A stretch of 33,039 bases of DNA from an uncultured Paludibacteraceae bacterium (GCA_964528925.1 CAZGVF010000005.1:1-33039), one strand, 5' to 3'. Shown: positions 12,627 to 19,958, counted from the stretch's first letter. Notes: generated from the sequence alone by a model not told the origin. A program made the numbers and translations.

Positions 12627-13961
12627 TCAGACGATTCCTTGCGCAAGCATGGCTTTTGCCACTTTCAAGAAACCTGCCACATTGGCGCCTTTCACATAGT
12701 TGATGTAGCCGTTTGGCTCTTTGCCGTTTTTCACGCATTGGGCGTGAATGTCGGCCATAATCTGGTGCAAGCGGCGGTCAACTTCGTCGGCGGCCCAGCT
12801 GATGTGCATGGCATTTTGGGTCATTTCTAAACCCGAAGTCGCCACACCGCCAGCGTTCACGGCTTTGCCTGGCGCAAACAGCATTTTGTGTTCGATAAAC
12901 AGATCGATAGCCTCGGGTGTGCAGCCCATGTTCGAGACTTCGCCAACGCAAAGTGTCTTATTTTCAATCAGTTGACGTGCGTCGTCACCGTTCAGCTCGT
13001 TTTGTGTAGCGCAAGGCAGCGCAATGTCCACCTTCACCTCCCACGGTTTGTGACCAGCCACAAATTTCGCTCCGAAACGTTCGGCGTATGGCGCAACCAC
13101 ATCGTTGCACGAGGCGCGCAGCTCGAGCATATAGTCGATTTTTTCGCCCGAAATGCCATCTTCGTCGTAGATGTAACCATCTGGTCCTGAAATAGTTACC
13201 ACTTTTGCGCCGAGTTGCGTAGCTTTGGTTACTGCGCCCCACGCCACATTGCCGAAGCCCGACACAGCCACGGTTTTGCCTTTTATGGAATGACCAGCCG
13301 TCTCGAGCATTTGGTTCACGAAATAGAGTGCGCCGTAGCCCGTGGCTTCTGGACGAACTAGCGATCCGCCGTATTCAAGTCCTTTGCCCGTAAGCACGCC
13401 CGTGTTTTCGCGCGCCAATTTTTTGTACATGCCGTAGAGATAGCCAATTTCGCGTGCGCCCACGCCAATGTCACCAGCGGGAACATCGGTGTCGGGACCG
13501 ATTTGGCGCCACAATTCGAGCATGAATGCTTGGCAAAAACGCATCACTTCGGCGTCTGATTTTCCCTTGGGGTTGAAATCGCTTCCGCCTTTGCCACCGC
13601 CCATTGGCAGCGTGGTGAGCGCATTTTTGAAAGTTTGTTCAAACCCGAGGAATTTCAAAATTGACAGGTTCACCGATGGGTGGAAACGCAATCCGCCTTT
13701 GTATGGGCCAATGGCGTTGTTGAACTGAATGCGGTAGCCGAGGTTGGTTTGCACCTCGCCGCGGTCGTCGACCCACGCCACACGAAAAGTGCTGATGCGG
13801 TCGGGTTCTACCATGCGTTCGATGATTTTTGCCTTCTCAAATTCGGGGTGACGAGCGTACACATCTTTGATCGAGAGCAACACTTCGCGCACCGCCTGCA
13901 GATACTCGCGCTCGCCTGGGTGTTTCGCCTCGAGCGCATTCATAAGGTTTTGAACGTTCAT
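12627..13961 (-). CDS. gdhA: NADP-specific glutamate dehydrogenase
   Basis: 444 aa of the Glu/Leu/Phe/Val dehydrogenase family. Catalytic Lys region PMGGGKGGSDFNPKGKS, Rossmann GFGNVAWG. Length and N-terminus are typical of hexameric GdhA. Confidence 0.96.
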   Translation of the reverse strand: MNVQNLMNALEAKHPGEREYLQAVREVLLSIKDVYARHPEFEKAKIIERMVEPDRISTFRVAWVDDRGEVQTNLGYRIQFNNAIGPYKGGLRFHPSVNLSILKFLGFEQTFKNALTTLPMGGGKGGSDFNPKGKSDAEVMRFCQAFMLELWRQIGPDTDVPAGDIGVGAREIGYLYGMYKKLARENTGVLTGKGLEYGGSLVRPEATGYGALYFVNQMLETAGHSIKGKTVAVSGFGNVAWGAVTKATQLGAKVVTISGPDGYIYDEDGISGEKIDYMLELRASCNDVVAPYAERFGAKFVAGHKPWEVKVDIALPCATQNELNGDDARQLIENKTLCVGEVSNMGCTPEAIDLFIEHKMLFAPGKAVNAGGVATSGLEMTQNAMHISWAADEVDRRLHQIMADIHAQCVKNGKEPNGYINYVKGANVAGFLKVAKAMLAQGIV

Positions 13962-14040
13962 AGTTGTATTTTATTTAAGGTTGAAGTTCAATTTTTTCGC
14001 TCTGCAATTTTAGCGTTTTATTTTTTGAAAAACAAATTTT

Positions 14041-14562
14041 TCAGCGAAAATTTTTGCTGAATTTTTCAATCGCCTCAATCGCATTTCTGGTGCGCTGCGA
14101 ACCAAGTCCGCCAATTTCGACAAACGGAACGCTAGTCTGCTCAATTTCGCGCTTGTACCAATCGTAAAAAAACTCGCGCTTGTCGCCATTTTCGCGCACA
14201 GGGTCGTATTTCCACGCAATGTCGGGCCGCAGAAGCAGATAAAAGTCGATTTTTTGCTCCGCAATGGCGCTGTCGATCCATTCGGGCATGCGACCATAGA
14301 CATGCGCAAACCACACTTTTGTGATAATCAGATCGGTGTCGAGCAGGAGCAATTTTTCTTTGCTATTTTGCTGATAATCATGTAGTTGCTCCACTTGCTT
14401 TTGCGCAATTTTCTCCACATCGGCATAGGTGTAGGGGCGACCGAGTTGCTCCACATAACCGCGCGCATATTCCGCAATCCACTCGCAGCCAAAATGCTCG
14501 CTAAGTGCCTGACACAGAGTAGTTTTGCCCGTCGATTCAGGTCCGATGATTGCAATGGTCAT
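14041..14562 (-). CDS. NadR-type P-loop kinase (ribosylnicotinamide kinase-like, AAA_28)
   Basis: 173 aa with P-loop IIGPESTGKTTL. The rest resembles the C-terminal RNK domain of NadR (LLLLDTDLIITKVW..., YDPVRENG). Confidence 0.8.
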   Translation of the reverse strand: MTIAIIGPESTGKTTLCQALSEHFGCEWIAEYARGYVEQLGRPYTYADVEKIAQKQVEQLHDYQQNSKEKLLLLDTDLIITKVWFAHVYGRMPEWIDSAIAEQKIDFYLLLRPDIAWKYDPVRENGDKREFFYDWYKREIEQTSVPFVEIGGLGSQRTRNAIEAIEKFSKNFR

Positions 14563-14566
14563 TTTT

Positions 14567-14598
14567 AGTTAGAAGTGAGTAGTTAGAAGTGAGAAGTG
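14567..14598. repeat. 14-nt tandem array agttagaagtgagt x2.3, 5 nt upstream of the start codon at 14562
   Basis: Read directly: tagttagaagtgagtagttagaagtgagaagtg. Same family as rc of 128-160. Confidence 0.85.
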
Positions 14599-14625
14599 TT
14601 CCCACTAAACGTGGATAGCGCACAA

Positions 14626-14666
14626 TTTTCAAATCTTCAAATCTTCAAATGGACAATTTTCAAACC
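14626..14666. repeat. Octad tandem array (tttt)caaatctt x2 + caaatgga/caattttc/aaacc
   Basis: Read directly. Same unit as 12478-12510. Confidence 0.85.
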
Positions 14667-14700
14667 AAAAATCAGAAATTAGAAATTAGAAATAATTTCC
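14667..14700. repeat. Heptad tandem array agaaatt x3, overlapping the stop and last codons of ctp
   Basis: Read directly: aaaaatcagaaattagaaattagaaataatttcc. The ctp stop is at 14679-14681. Confidence 0.85.
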
Positions 14701-16268
14701 AGCGCCTTCTGCACAATCTTGTTTTCTTGGTTCACAATGCGATAATAGTCGCCATCGTCGTACAGGTCGCGCGCTATCAACGCCTTCATTATCAGGCAGC
14801 TCCATGCTTTCGACTCGTCGAATTGTTCTTTGTTGAACTTCACCTCGGCGCGCTCGCCATTGGCAATCAGTTGCGACAAAAGTGCCTCATCGACCTCAAA
14901 TTTTTTGTTGTATTCGTCGAATGTTGCGTATTTTTTCAGCAGCGAGGCGCGATTTTGCTCGATAAATTCCAGCACGGTCTTGTTCATCGCGCCTTTTGCC
15001 ACAATGTTGCGGTAATAGGCCGTTGTGCGCGTGGTGTCTATCGGCACAAAAATGTCGGGCATGATGCCGCCACCGCCATACACTGTGCGCCCTTTGCGAA
15101 GCGTTTTGTACTGCAGTGAATCAGGAAAATTGATGCTGTCTTTTTCCAGAAATTCGCCATGTTCGTAGCGTTTTTCAAGTTCTTTGTGGTATGCTTCGAT
15201 GCCATCGTTGTAAGGCTTTTGAATGTTGCGACCGCTTGGCGTGTAGTATCGAGCCACGGTCAGACGCATTTGCGCGCCATCGATCAGTTTCACGGGCGTC
15301 TGCACTAGACCTTTGCCAAAAGTGCGTCGCCCGACAATGGTCGCGCGATCCCAATCCTGCAGCGCGCCTGCTACAATCTCGCTCGCCGAAGCGGAATATT
15401 CGTCGACAAGCACCACCACGTCTAGGTTTTCGTAGTTGCCGCGACTGGTGGCGTAGGCTGTGCTTTGCGGATAATTGCGCCCTTTGGTGTAGACCACCAT
15501 TTGACCATTTTCCAGAAATTCGTCGGCCAAATCAATCGCCGCACTCATCAGACCGCCGCCGTTGCCTTGCAGATCGAGCATCAGGCGCGTCATGCCTTGC
15601 GCGGTCAGTTTTTTCATCGCTTCGGAAAATTCGCTGGCGGTGGTGGCTGAAAAGCTGTTCAACTTCACATAACCGATGTTTGGCGCAATCATGTAGGCTG
15701 CGTCGAGTGAATGGACGGGAATTTTGCCGCGTTTCACATCAAATTCGATGTTTTCGCGCACGCCAGCGCGTTTCACGGTGATGCGAACCATGCTGCCCGC
15801 TTTGCCGCGAATGAGCGACATGATGTCCGATTGCGGCGTCTTGTTGCCTGCGATATTGCGCCCATCTACCGCCAAAATTCTGTCGCCAGGCAGCATGCCA
15901 ACTTTGTCGGCGGGGCAACCCGAAATGGTCTGAATCACATAAAGCGTGTCCTCCAACATCTGAAACTGAATGCCGATGCCGTCGAAACTGCCGTCGATTT
16001 GCGCGTTCATTTTCTCCACCTCTTTGGCGGGAATGTAGGCCGAATGCGGATCGAGCGACTCCAAAATGCTCTCGATGGCGGTTTCGACCAACTCGTTGGC
16101 CTTCACGGTGTCGACATACAATTCGTTGATGATGTAGAGCGATTGGTTCATTTTGCGCATCTGCAACATCGGAAAATCGTCGTCAGCCCCAGCGTTCAGC
16201 ACCGACAAAAGTGCCACAGCGCAAGTCAGAAATTTTTTTGTCATTTTATGTTGAGTTATAAAGTTCAT
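14679..16268 (-). CDS. S41 family carboxyl-terminal processing peptidase (Ctp/Prc-like)
   Basis: 529 aa with a signal peptide (..MTKKFLTCAVALLSVLNAGA), a PDZ region, and the S41 catalytic region (SASASEIVAGALQD, GRRTFGKGLVQ). The alternative ATG at 16244 (MTKKF...) is equally plausible, because 16256-16295 is a repeat array. Confidence 0.9.
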   Translation of the reverse strand: MNFITQHKMTKKFLTCAVALLSVLNAGADDDFPMLQMRKMNQSLYIINELYVDTVKANELVETAIESILESLDPHSAYIPAKEVEKMNAQIDGSFDGIGIQFQMLEDTLYVIQTISGCPADKVGMLPGDRILAVDGRNIAGNKTPQSDIMSLIRGKAGSMVRITVKRAGVRENIEFDVKRGKIPVHSLDAAYMIAPNIGYVKLNSFSATTASEFSEAMKKLTAQGMTRLMLDLQGNGGGLMSAAIDLADEFLENGQMVVYTKGRNYPQSTAYATSRGNYENLDVVVLVDEYSASASEIVAGALQDWDRATIVGRRTFGKGLVQTPVKLIDGAQMRLTVARYYTPSGRNIQKPYNDGIEAYHKELEKRYEHGEFLEKDSINFPDSLQYKTLRKGRTVYGGGGIMPDIFVPIDTTRTTAYYRNIVAKGAMNKTVLEFIEQNRASLLKKYATFDEYNKKFEVDEALLSQLIANGERAEVKFNKEQFDESKAWSCLIMKALIARDLYDDGDYYRIVNQENKIVQKALEIISNF

Positions 16269-16295
16269 AAAGTTTGTAAAGTTTATAAAGTGATG
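16256..16295. repeat. 9-nt tandem array ataaagttc/ataaagttt/gtaaagttt/ataaagtga
   Basis: Read directly: ttataaagttcataaagtttgtaaagtttataaagtgatg. Confidence 0.85.
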
Positions 16296-16322
16296 ACACT
16301 GCAGTTGGTTGTGTAGACCAAT

Positions 16323-16355
16323 AATTTGAAATCTGAAATATGGAATCTGAAATTC
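16323..16355. repeat. Array of gaaatct-type units (aatttgaaatctgaaatatggaatctgaaattc)
   Basis: Read directly. Same family as 17572-17610 and rc of 1494-1524. Confidence 0.8.
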
Positions 16356-16427
16356 ATTTTAACTTCCAAAATTACTCATTTTTCGCCAATCTGCGGCAAA
16401 AATTGCGCCAATTTCGCCAAAAAATGC

Positions 16428-16435
16428 TATCTTTG
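16428..16435 (+). promoter_or_regulatory. Candidate -7 box (TATCTTTG) for thiL
   Basis: Exact TAnnTTTG match 32 nt upstream of the ATG at 16467. Confidence 0.5.
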
Positions 16436-16466
16436 CAGTTCAATTTTTGAAATTTTACACTTTTCG

Positions 16467-17498
16467 ATGGAAACAATTGACTCGCTTGGCGAATTTGGAC
16501 TGATAAAACACCTCACCGAGGGCATCGAACTGACCAACAAATCGTCGGTTCGGGGCGTTGGCGACGATGCCGCTGTGCTCGATTTTGGCAAAAAACGCGC
16601 ACTCGCCACTACCGACATTCTGCTCGAGGGCATTCATTTCGACCTCACCTACACGCCGCTGAAACATCTTGGCTACAAGGCGGCAATGGTCAATTTTTCC
16701 GACATCTGCGCCATGAATGGTCGCCCAACGCAACTGCTTGTGGCTCTGGGCGTTTCGGGTCGTTTTGGCTTGGAACAAATCGACGAACTCTACGCTGGCA
16801 TTCGTCTTGCGTGCGAACAATATGGTGTCGATCTTGTCGGTGGCGATACTTCGTCGTCGCTCACGGGACTCACCATCAGCATCACCTGCTTGGGCGACGT
16901 CGATGCCGACAAAGTGGTCTATCGCAATGGCGCAAAACCCAATCAACTCATCTGTGTGACGGGCGATTTGGGCGCAGCCTACATGGGACTGCAGCTGCTC
17001 GAGCGCGAAAAACGTGTGTTCGAAGATAAAAAGGTGGAGGATGGTTTCCAACCCGATTTCGCTGGAAAAGAGTACATCATCGAGCGTCAATTGAAGCCCG
17101 AAGCGCGCCGCGACATCGTGGAAATGCTCGCCAAAGAAAAAATCGTTCCGACTGCAATGATGGACGTTTCCGATGGACTTTCGTCGGAACTGTTGCACAT
17201 CTGCACGCAGAGTGGCGTGGGTTGCCGCATTTTCGAAGATCGCCTGCCAATCGACTACGTAACTGCCACCATGGCCGAAGAGATGAACCTAAACCTGACC
17301 ACCGTGGCGATAAATGGCGGCGAAGATTACGAACTGCTCTTCACCGTGCCGCTCGAACTGCACGATCGCGTGAAGGAACTCGACAATGTTCACGTCATCG
17401 GACATACTTGCGCCAAAGCTGAAGGTTGCGCCCTCGTAACCCGCGACGGACAAGAAATCAAAATCGTTGCTCGCGGCTGGAATGCCTTTGAAAAATAA
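16467..17498 (+). CDS. thiL: Thiamine-monophosphate kinase
   Basis: The ORF-track start at 16326 is a TTG upstream of the promoter box. The ATG at 16467 gives METIDSLGEFGLIKHL..., the usual ThiL N-terminus. AIR-synthase-related motifs are present (GVGDDAAVL, GGDTSSS). Confidence 0.92.
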   Translation: METIDSLGEFGLIKHLTEGIELTNKSSVRGVGDDAAVLDFGKKRALATTDILLEGIHFDLTYTPLKHLGYKAAMVNFSDICAMNGRPTQLLVALGVSGRFGLEQIDELYAGIRLACEQYGVDLVGGDTSSSLTGLTISITCLGDVDADKVVYRNGAKPNQLICVTGDLGAAYMGLQLLEREKRVFEDKKVEDGFQPDFAGKEYIIERQLKPEARRDIVEMLAKEKIVPTAMMDVSDGLSSELLHICTQSGVGCRIFEDRLPIDYVTATMAEEMNLNLTTVAINGGEDYELLFTVPLELHDRVKELDNVHVIGHTCAKAEGCALVTRDGQEIKIVARGWNAFEK

Positions 17499-17525
17499 GA
17501 ATTATGAATTAAGAATTAAGAATTT
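17496..17525. repeat. Heptad tandem array aagaatt/atgaatt/aagaatt/aagaatt, beginning in the thiL stop codon
   Basis: Read directly: taagaattatgaattaagaattaagaatttg. Confidence 0.85.
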
Positions 17526-17537
17526 GTCCACTGTAAA

Positions 17538-17578
17538 GCCATGCGGCACAGACGCACGCAGCGCGTCCCTACAATTTG
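17538..17578 (+). repeat. GC-rich palindromic intergenic element, copy B
   Basis: Sequence gccatgcggcacaGACGCacgcagcGCGTCCCTACAATTTG. Same GCGTCC-CTACAATTTG end as copy A (minus strand of 2395-2437). Confidence 0.7.
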
Positions 17579-17610
17579 AAATTTGAAATTTGAAATCTGA
17601 AATTTTTGAT
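17572..17610. repeat. Heptad tandem array aatttga x3 + aatctga + aattttt, filling the spacer up to the rpiB ATG
   Basis: Read directly: caatttgaaatttgaaatttgaaatctgaaatttttgat followed by ATG at 17611. Confidence 0.9.
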
Positions 17611-18084
17611 ATGAAACCACTACATCAACTCTGCATCGGCATTGCATCGGACCATGCAGGCTTCGAATTGAAGCAAAAAGTGAAAGAGATGCTCGAGTCG
17701 AAAAACGCTAGCGTCTACGATTTTGGCACGCACAGCACCGAAAGTTGCGACTATGCCGACTATGCTCACCCGCTGGCCAAAGCCGTAGAAAATGGCGCTT
17801 GCGACTTCGGAATTGCCATCTGCGGCAGCGGAAATGGCATCAACATGACCGTGAACAAGCACCAAGGCATTCGCTCGGCACTCTGCTGGAACGAAGAGTT
17901 GGCTGCGCTCGCCCGTCAGCACAACAATGCCAACATTTTGGCTCTGCCCGCGCGTTTTATACCTGAAGATTTGGCTCTGAAATTGGTCGATGTCTTCTTC
18001 AAAACCGACTTCGAAGGCGGCCGTCACGAACGCAGAATCGCCAAAATTCCCGTGCCAATCGAAAATGAGGAAACAAACGAATAA
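17611..18084 (+). CDS. rpiB: Ribose-5-phosphate isomerase B
   Basis: The ORF-track start at 17590 is a TTG inside the repeat array. The ATG at 17611 gives MKPLHQLCIGIASDHAGFELK. RpiB/LacAB family motifs are present (ASDHAG, CGSGNGINMTVNK). Confidence 0.93.
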   Translation: MKPLHQLCIGIASDHAGFELKQKVKEMLESKNASVYDFGTHSTESCDYADYAHPLAKAVENGACDFGIAICGSGNGINMTVNKHQGIRSALCWNEELAALARQHNNANILALPARFIPEDLALKLVDVFFKTDFEGGRHERRIAKIPVPIENEETNE

Positions 18085-18099
18085 TTTTTTCTGAAAAAA

Positions 18100-18131
18100 T
18101 TTGTTCACTGCAAAAAAAAGCACTACCTTTG
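18100..18131 (+). promoter_or_regulatory. Bacteroidota sigma-A promoter for rpsU
   Basis: -33 TTTG (18100-18103) and -7 TACCTTTG (18124-18131), separated by 20 nt. It is 49 nt upstream of the rpsU ATG. Confidence 0.65.
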
Positions 18132-18179
18132 CAGTCCGAAAAAAGCAAATTCTAAAACTTAAAAAATAACAGTTCTACA

Positions 18180-18371
18180 ATGATTATTGTACCAGTAAAA
18201 GAAGGCGACAACATCGAACGCGCCCTGAAAAAATTCAAACGCAAATTTGAAAAGACGGGTGTCGTCAAAGAACTTCGCCGCCGTCAACAATTCGAGAAAC
18301 CTTCGGTTGTAAAGCGCGAAGAGAAGATGCACGCCATCTACGTGCAACACCTGCAGCAGGCCGAAGAGTAA
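18180..18371 (+). CDS. rpsU: 30S ribosomal protein S21
   Basis: 63 aa. ALKKFKRKFEKTGVVKELRRRQQFEKPS is the bS21 signature. Confidence 0.96.
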   Translation: MIIVPVKEGDNIERALKKFKRKFEKTGVVKELRRRQQFEKPSVVKREEKMHAIYVQHLQQAEE

Positions 18372-18435
18372 TCGCTCCAACGCCCGATGCGTTGTTGCCC
18401 AATCGTTCTAAAAAACTAAAAGGAGCAACATCGGC

Positions 18436-19323
18436 ATGACGGAAAAATTCCTGCAATACATTCAGTATGAGAAGAATTACTCTTCTTGTACTGTTTTGTC
18501 GTATCGTAAAGACCTCGAACAGTTCACGCAATTTGTGGCAGAACGCGGTTTGACCGACGACATTGCGCACGCCACCACCGAGCATATTCGGCTCTGGCTC
18601 ATGACCATGCGCGATGCCAAATGCAAAGCAACTACCATCAATCGTAGGCTTAGCACGCTGCGCTCGTTTTACAAATTTCTGCTTAGGCAAAACACCATCG
18701 AAGTCGATCCCACGGCGCGAATTGTGGCCGCCAAAACGCCAAAAAAAATCCCGACATTTTTTTCTGAAAAAGATTTGGACAATCTTTTGGATATGTCGGA
18801 AAATGTTACTACCTTTGAGGCGTGTCGCAACGAGACCATCATCGAGACCTTCTACCAAACGGGAATGCGCCTTGCAGAACTCATTTCACTGAAAGATTCC
18901 GATATTGATTTCGACCGAAATACCATACGAATTTTCGGAAAACGACGCAAAGAACGCATTGTGCCTTTCGGCGAAGATTTGCGCGAAAAACTGAAAAACT
19001 ACATCGCTTTGCGCGATAGGGAAGTGGAACGAACTACACCCTATTTATATATATTGCAATCGGGCAAGCAGATGTATGCCAAAGCAGTCTATCGCATAGT
19101 AACCGAAGCCATGGGGCAGGTGAGCACGCAAGAAAAACGCAGTCCGCATGTGTTGCGACACACTTTCGCTACCGCCATGCTCAACCATGGAGCCGACATC
19201 AACGCAGTGAAAGAGTTGTTAGGACATGCCAATTTGGCGGCAACGCAGATTTATACGCACACCACTTTCGAGCAGTTGCAGAAAATCTACCAACAAGCGC
19301 ACCCGCATGCCAAAGAAAAATGA
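18436..19323 (+). CDS. Tyrosine recombinase, XerC/XerD family
   Basis: 295 aa. It has an N-terminal SAM-like core-binding domain and catalytic residues in RLAELISL (R), HVLRHTFAT (HxxR) and LLGHANLAATQIYTH (H..Y). Its size is typical of chromosomal Xer proteins. Confidence 0.88.
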   Translation: MTEKFLQYIQYEKNYSSCTVLSYRKDLEQFTQFVAERGLTDDIAHATTEHIRLWLMTMRDAKCKATTINRRLSTLRSFYKFLLRQNTIEVDPTARIVAAKTPKKIPTFFSEKDLDNLLDMSENVTTFEACRNETIIETFYQTGMRLAELISLKDSDIDFDRNTIRIFGKRRKERIVPFGEDLREKLKNYIALRDREVERTTPYLYILQSGKQMYAKAVYRIVTEAMGQVSTQEKRSPHVLRHTFATAMLNHGADINAVKELLGHANLAATQIYTHTTFEQLQKIYQQAHPHAKEK

Positions 19324-19377
19324 AAAAAACTGATGAAAATCAGGAAAATGATAGTTTAACCATTAAACACGATCACT

Positions 19378-19671
19378 ATGGAAATCAGAATTCAATCAAT
19401 CAACTTCGATGCCGCTGAACATCTGCGCGCACACATCGAAAAACGCGTGTCGAAACTCGAAAAACTTTGCGAAGGCGTGCCTGTTGCCGACATCAATTTG
19501 AAGGTTACCAAGCCCGAAACTGACAATAATAAGGATGCGCAGATTCGTTTGAAGGCTGCTGGCAACGAATTTTTTGCCTCAAAAGTGGCTGATTCGTTCG
19601 AACAAGCCATCGACGAATGCGCCGAAGCCATCGAACGCCAAATTTTGAAGGCGAAAGAAAAGAAGCATTAA
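19378..19671 (+). CDS. hpf: Ribosome hibernation factor, short HPF/YfiA (RaiA) family
   Basis: 97 aa. MEIRIQSINFDAAEHLRAHIEKRVSKLEK... fits the S30AE/sigma-54-modulation family, short form. Confidence 0.9.
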   Translation: MEIRIQSINFDAAEHLRAHIEKRVSKLEKLCEGVPVADINLKVTKPETDNNKDAQIRLKAAGNEFFASKVADSFEQAIDECAEAIERQILKAKEKKH

Positions 19672-19695
19672 TTGCTTGATAATCAGCGAATAAGT

Positions 19696-19731
19696 CCGTC
19701 GGAATAGGGGTGTTTGCGCCCCTTCCGATGG
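19696..19731 (+). other. Stem-loop after hpf (possible terminator without U-tract)
   Basis: Arms are ccgtcggaa-ta-gggg / ccccttccgatgg, about 13 bp with a 2-nt bulge and one G-U pair, and an 8-nt loop. No T-run follows. Confidence 0.4.
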
Positions 19732-19780
19732 GCAAAATTCGACCCCGTGAAAATTTTTTTGCAGAAAAATGTCGAAAAAT

Positions 19781-19811
19781 TTTGTCGGGTAAAAATAAAT
19801 ATCTACCTTTG
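19781..19811 (+). promoter_or_regulatory. Bacteroidota sigma-A promoter for the tRNA-tuf transcription unit
   Basis: -33 TTTG (19781-19784) and -7 TACCTTTG (19804-19811), separated by 19 nt. It is 46 nt upstream of the first tRNA. Confidence 0.65.
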
Positions 19812-19856
19812 CGCACCGTTTTCAGCCACGCATTGTTATCGTGGTTTGTGGCATAC

Positions 19857-19930
19857 GCCTCTTTAGCTCAGCTGGCCAGAGCACGTGATTTGTAATCTCG
19901 GGGTCGTTGGTTCGAATCCGACAAGAGGCT
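19857..19930 (+). tRNA. tRNA-Thr (anticodon UGU)
   Basis: Hand-folded cloverleaf. Acceptor gcctctt/aagaggc, anticodon loop ttTGTaa, T-arm gttgg-ttcgaat-ccgac. 74 nt, no encoded CCA. Confidence 0.92.
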
Positions 19931-19958
19931 CACAAAAGATCGATCTTTGATGAAAAAT

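Noticed and set aside
16326-16466. N-terminal extensions suggested by the ORF track: 16326 for thiL, 17590 for rpiB, 8196 for the T9SS gene, 9998 for the methyltransferase, 2376 for ttcA, and 21516 for secE.
   Set aside because: The extended starts I checked (2376, 8196, 9998, 16326, 17590) are TTG codons lying in repeat arrays or over promoter boxes. The secE extension (21516) overlaps tRNA-Trp. In each case a downstream ATG gives the family-typical N-terminus or a proper signal peptide.
16269-16466. TPP riboswitch upstream of thiL, and an L10/L12 leader upstream of rplJ.
   Set aside because: The thiL -7 box is only 32 nt from the ATG, and the upstream DNA is A/T-rich repeat arrays with no THI-box-like GC helices. 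The rplA-rplJ spacer is 16 nt, too short for a structured leader.
83-17610. The many short intergenic repeats, considered as CRISPR arrays or IS/MITE termini.
   Set aside because: The units are only 7-14 nt, directly tandem with no spacers, and each array is under 60 nt. There are no cas genes or transposase, no target-site duplications, and no terminal inverted repeats bounding a discrete insert.
18085-18179. Strong SD upstream of rpsU, as reported for bS21 autoregulation in some Flavobacteriia.
   Set aside because: The rpsU leader here (..ttctaaaacttaaaaaataacagttctacaATG) contains no purine-rich SD-like box.
18436-19323. Xer-family recombinase next to a tRNA cluster, considered as the integrase of an integrated mobile element.
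   Set aside because: I see no duplicated tRNA 3' segment or att-like direct repeat, and no cargo, excisionase, transfer or phage genes on either side. It is flanked by rpsU and hpf, and its size and catalytic motifs fit a chromosomal XerC/D.
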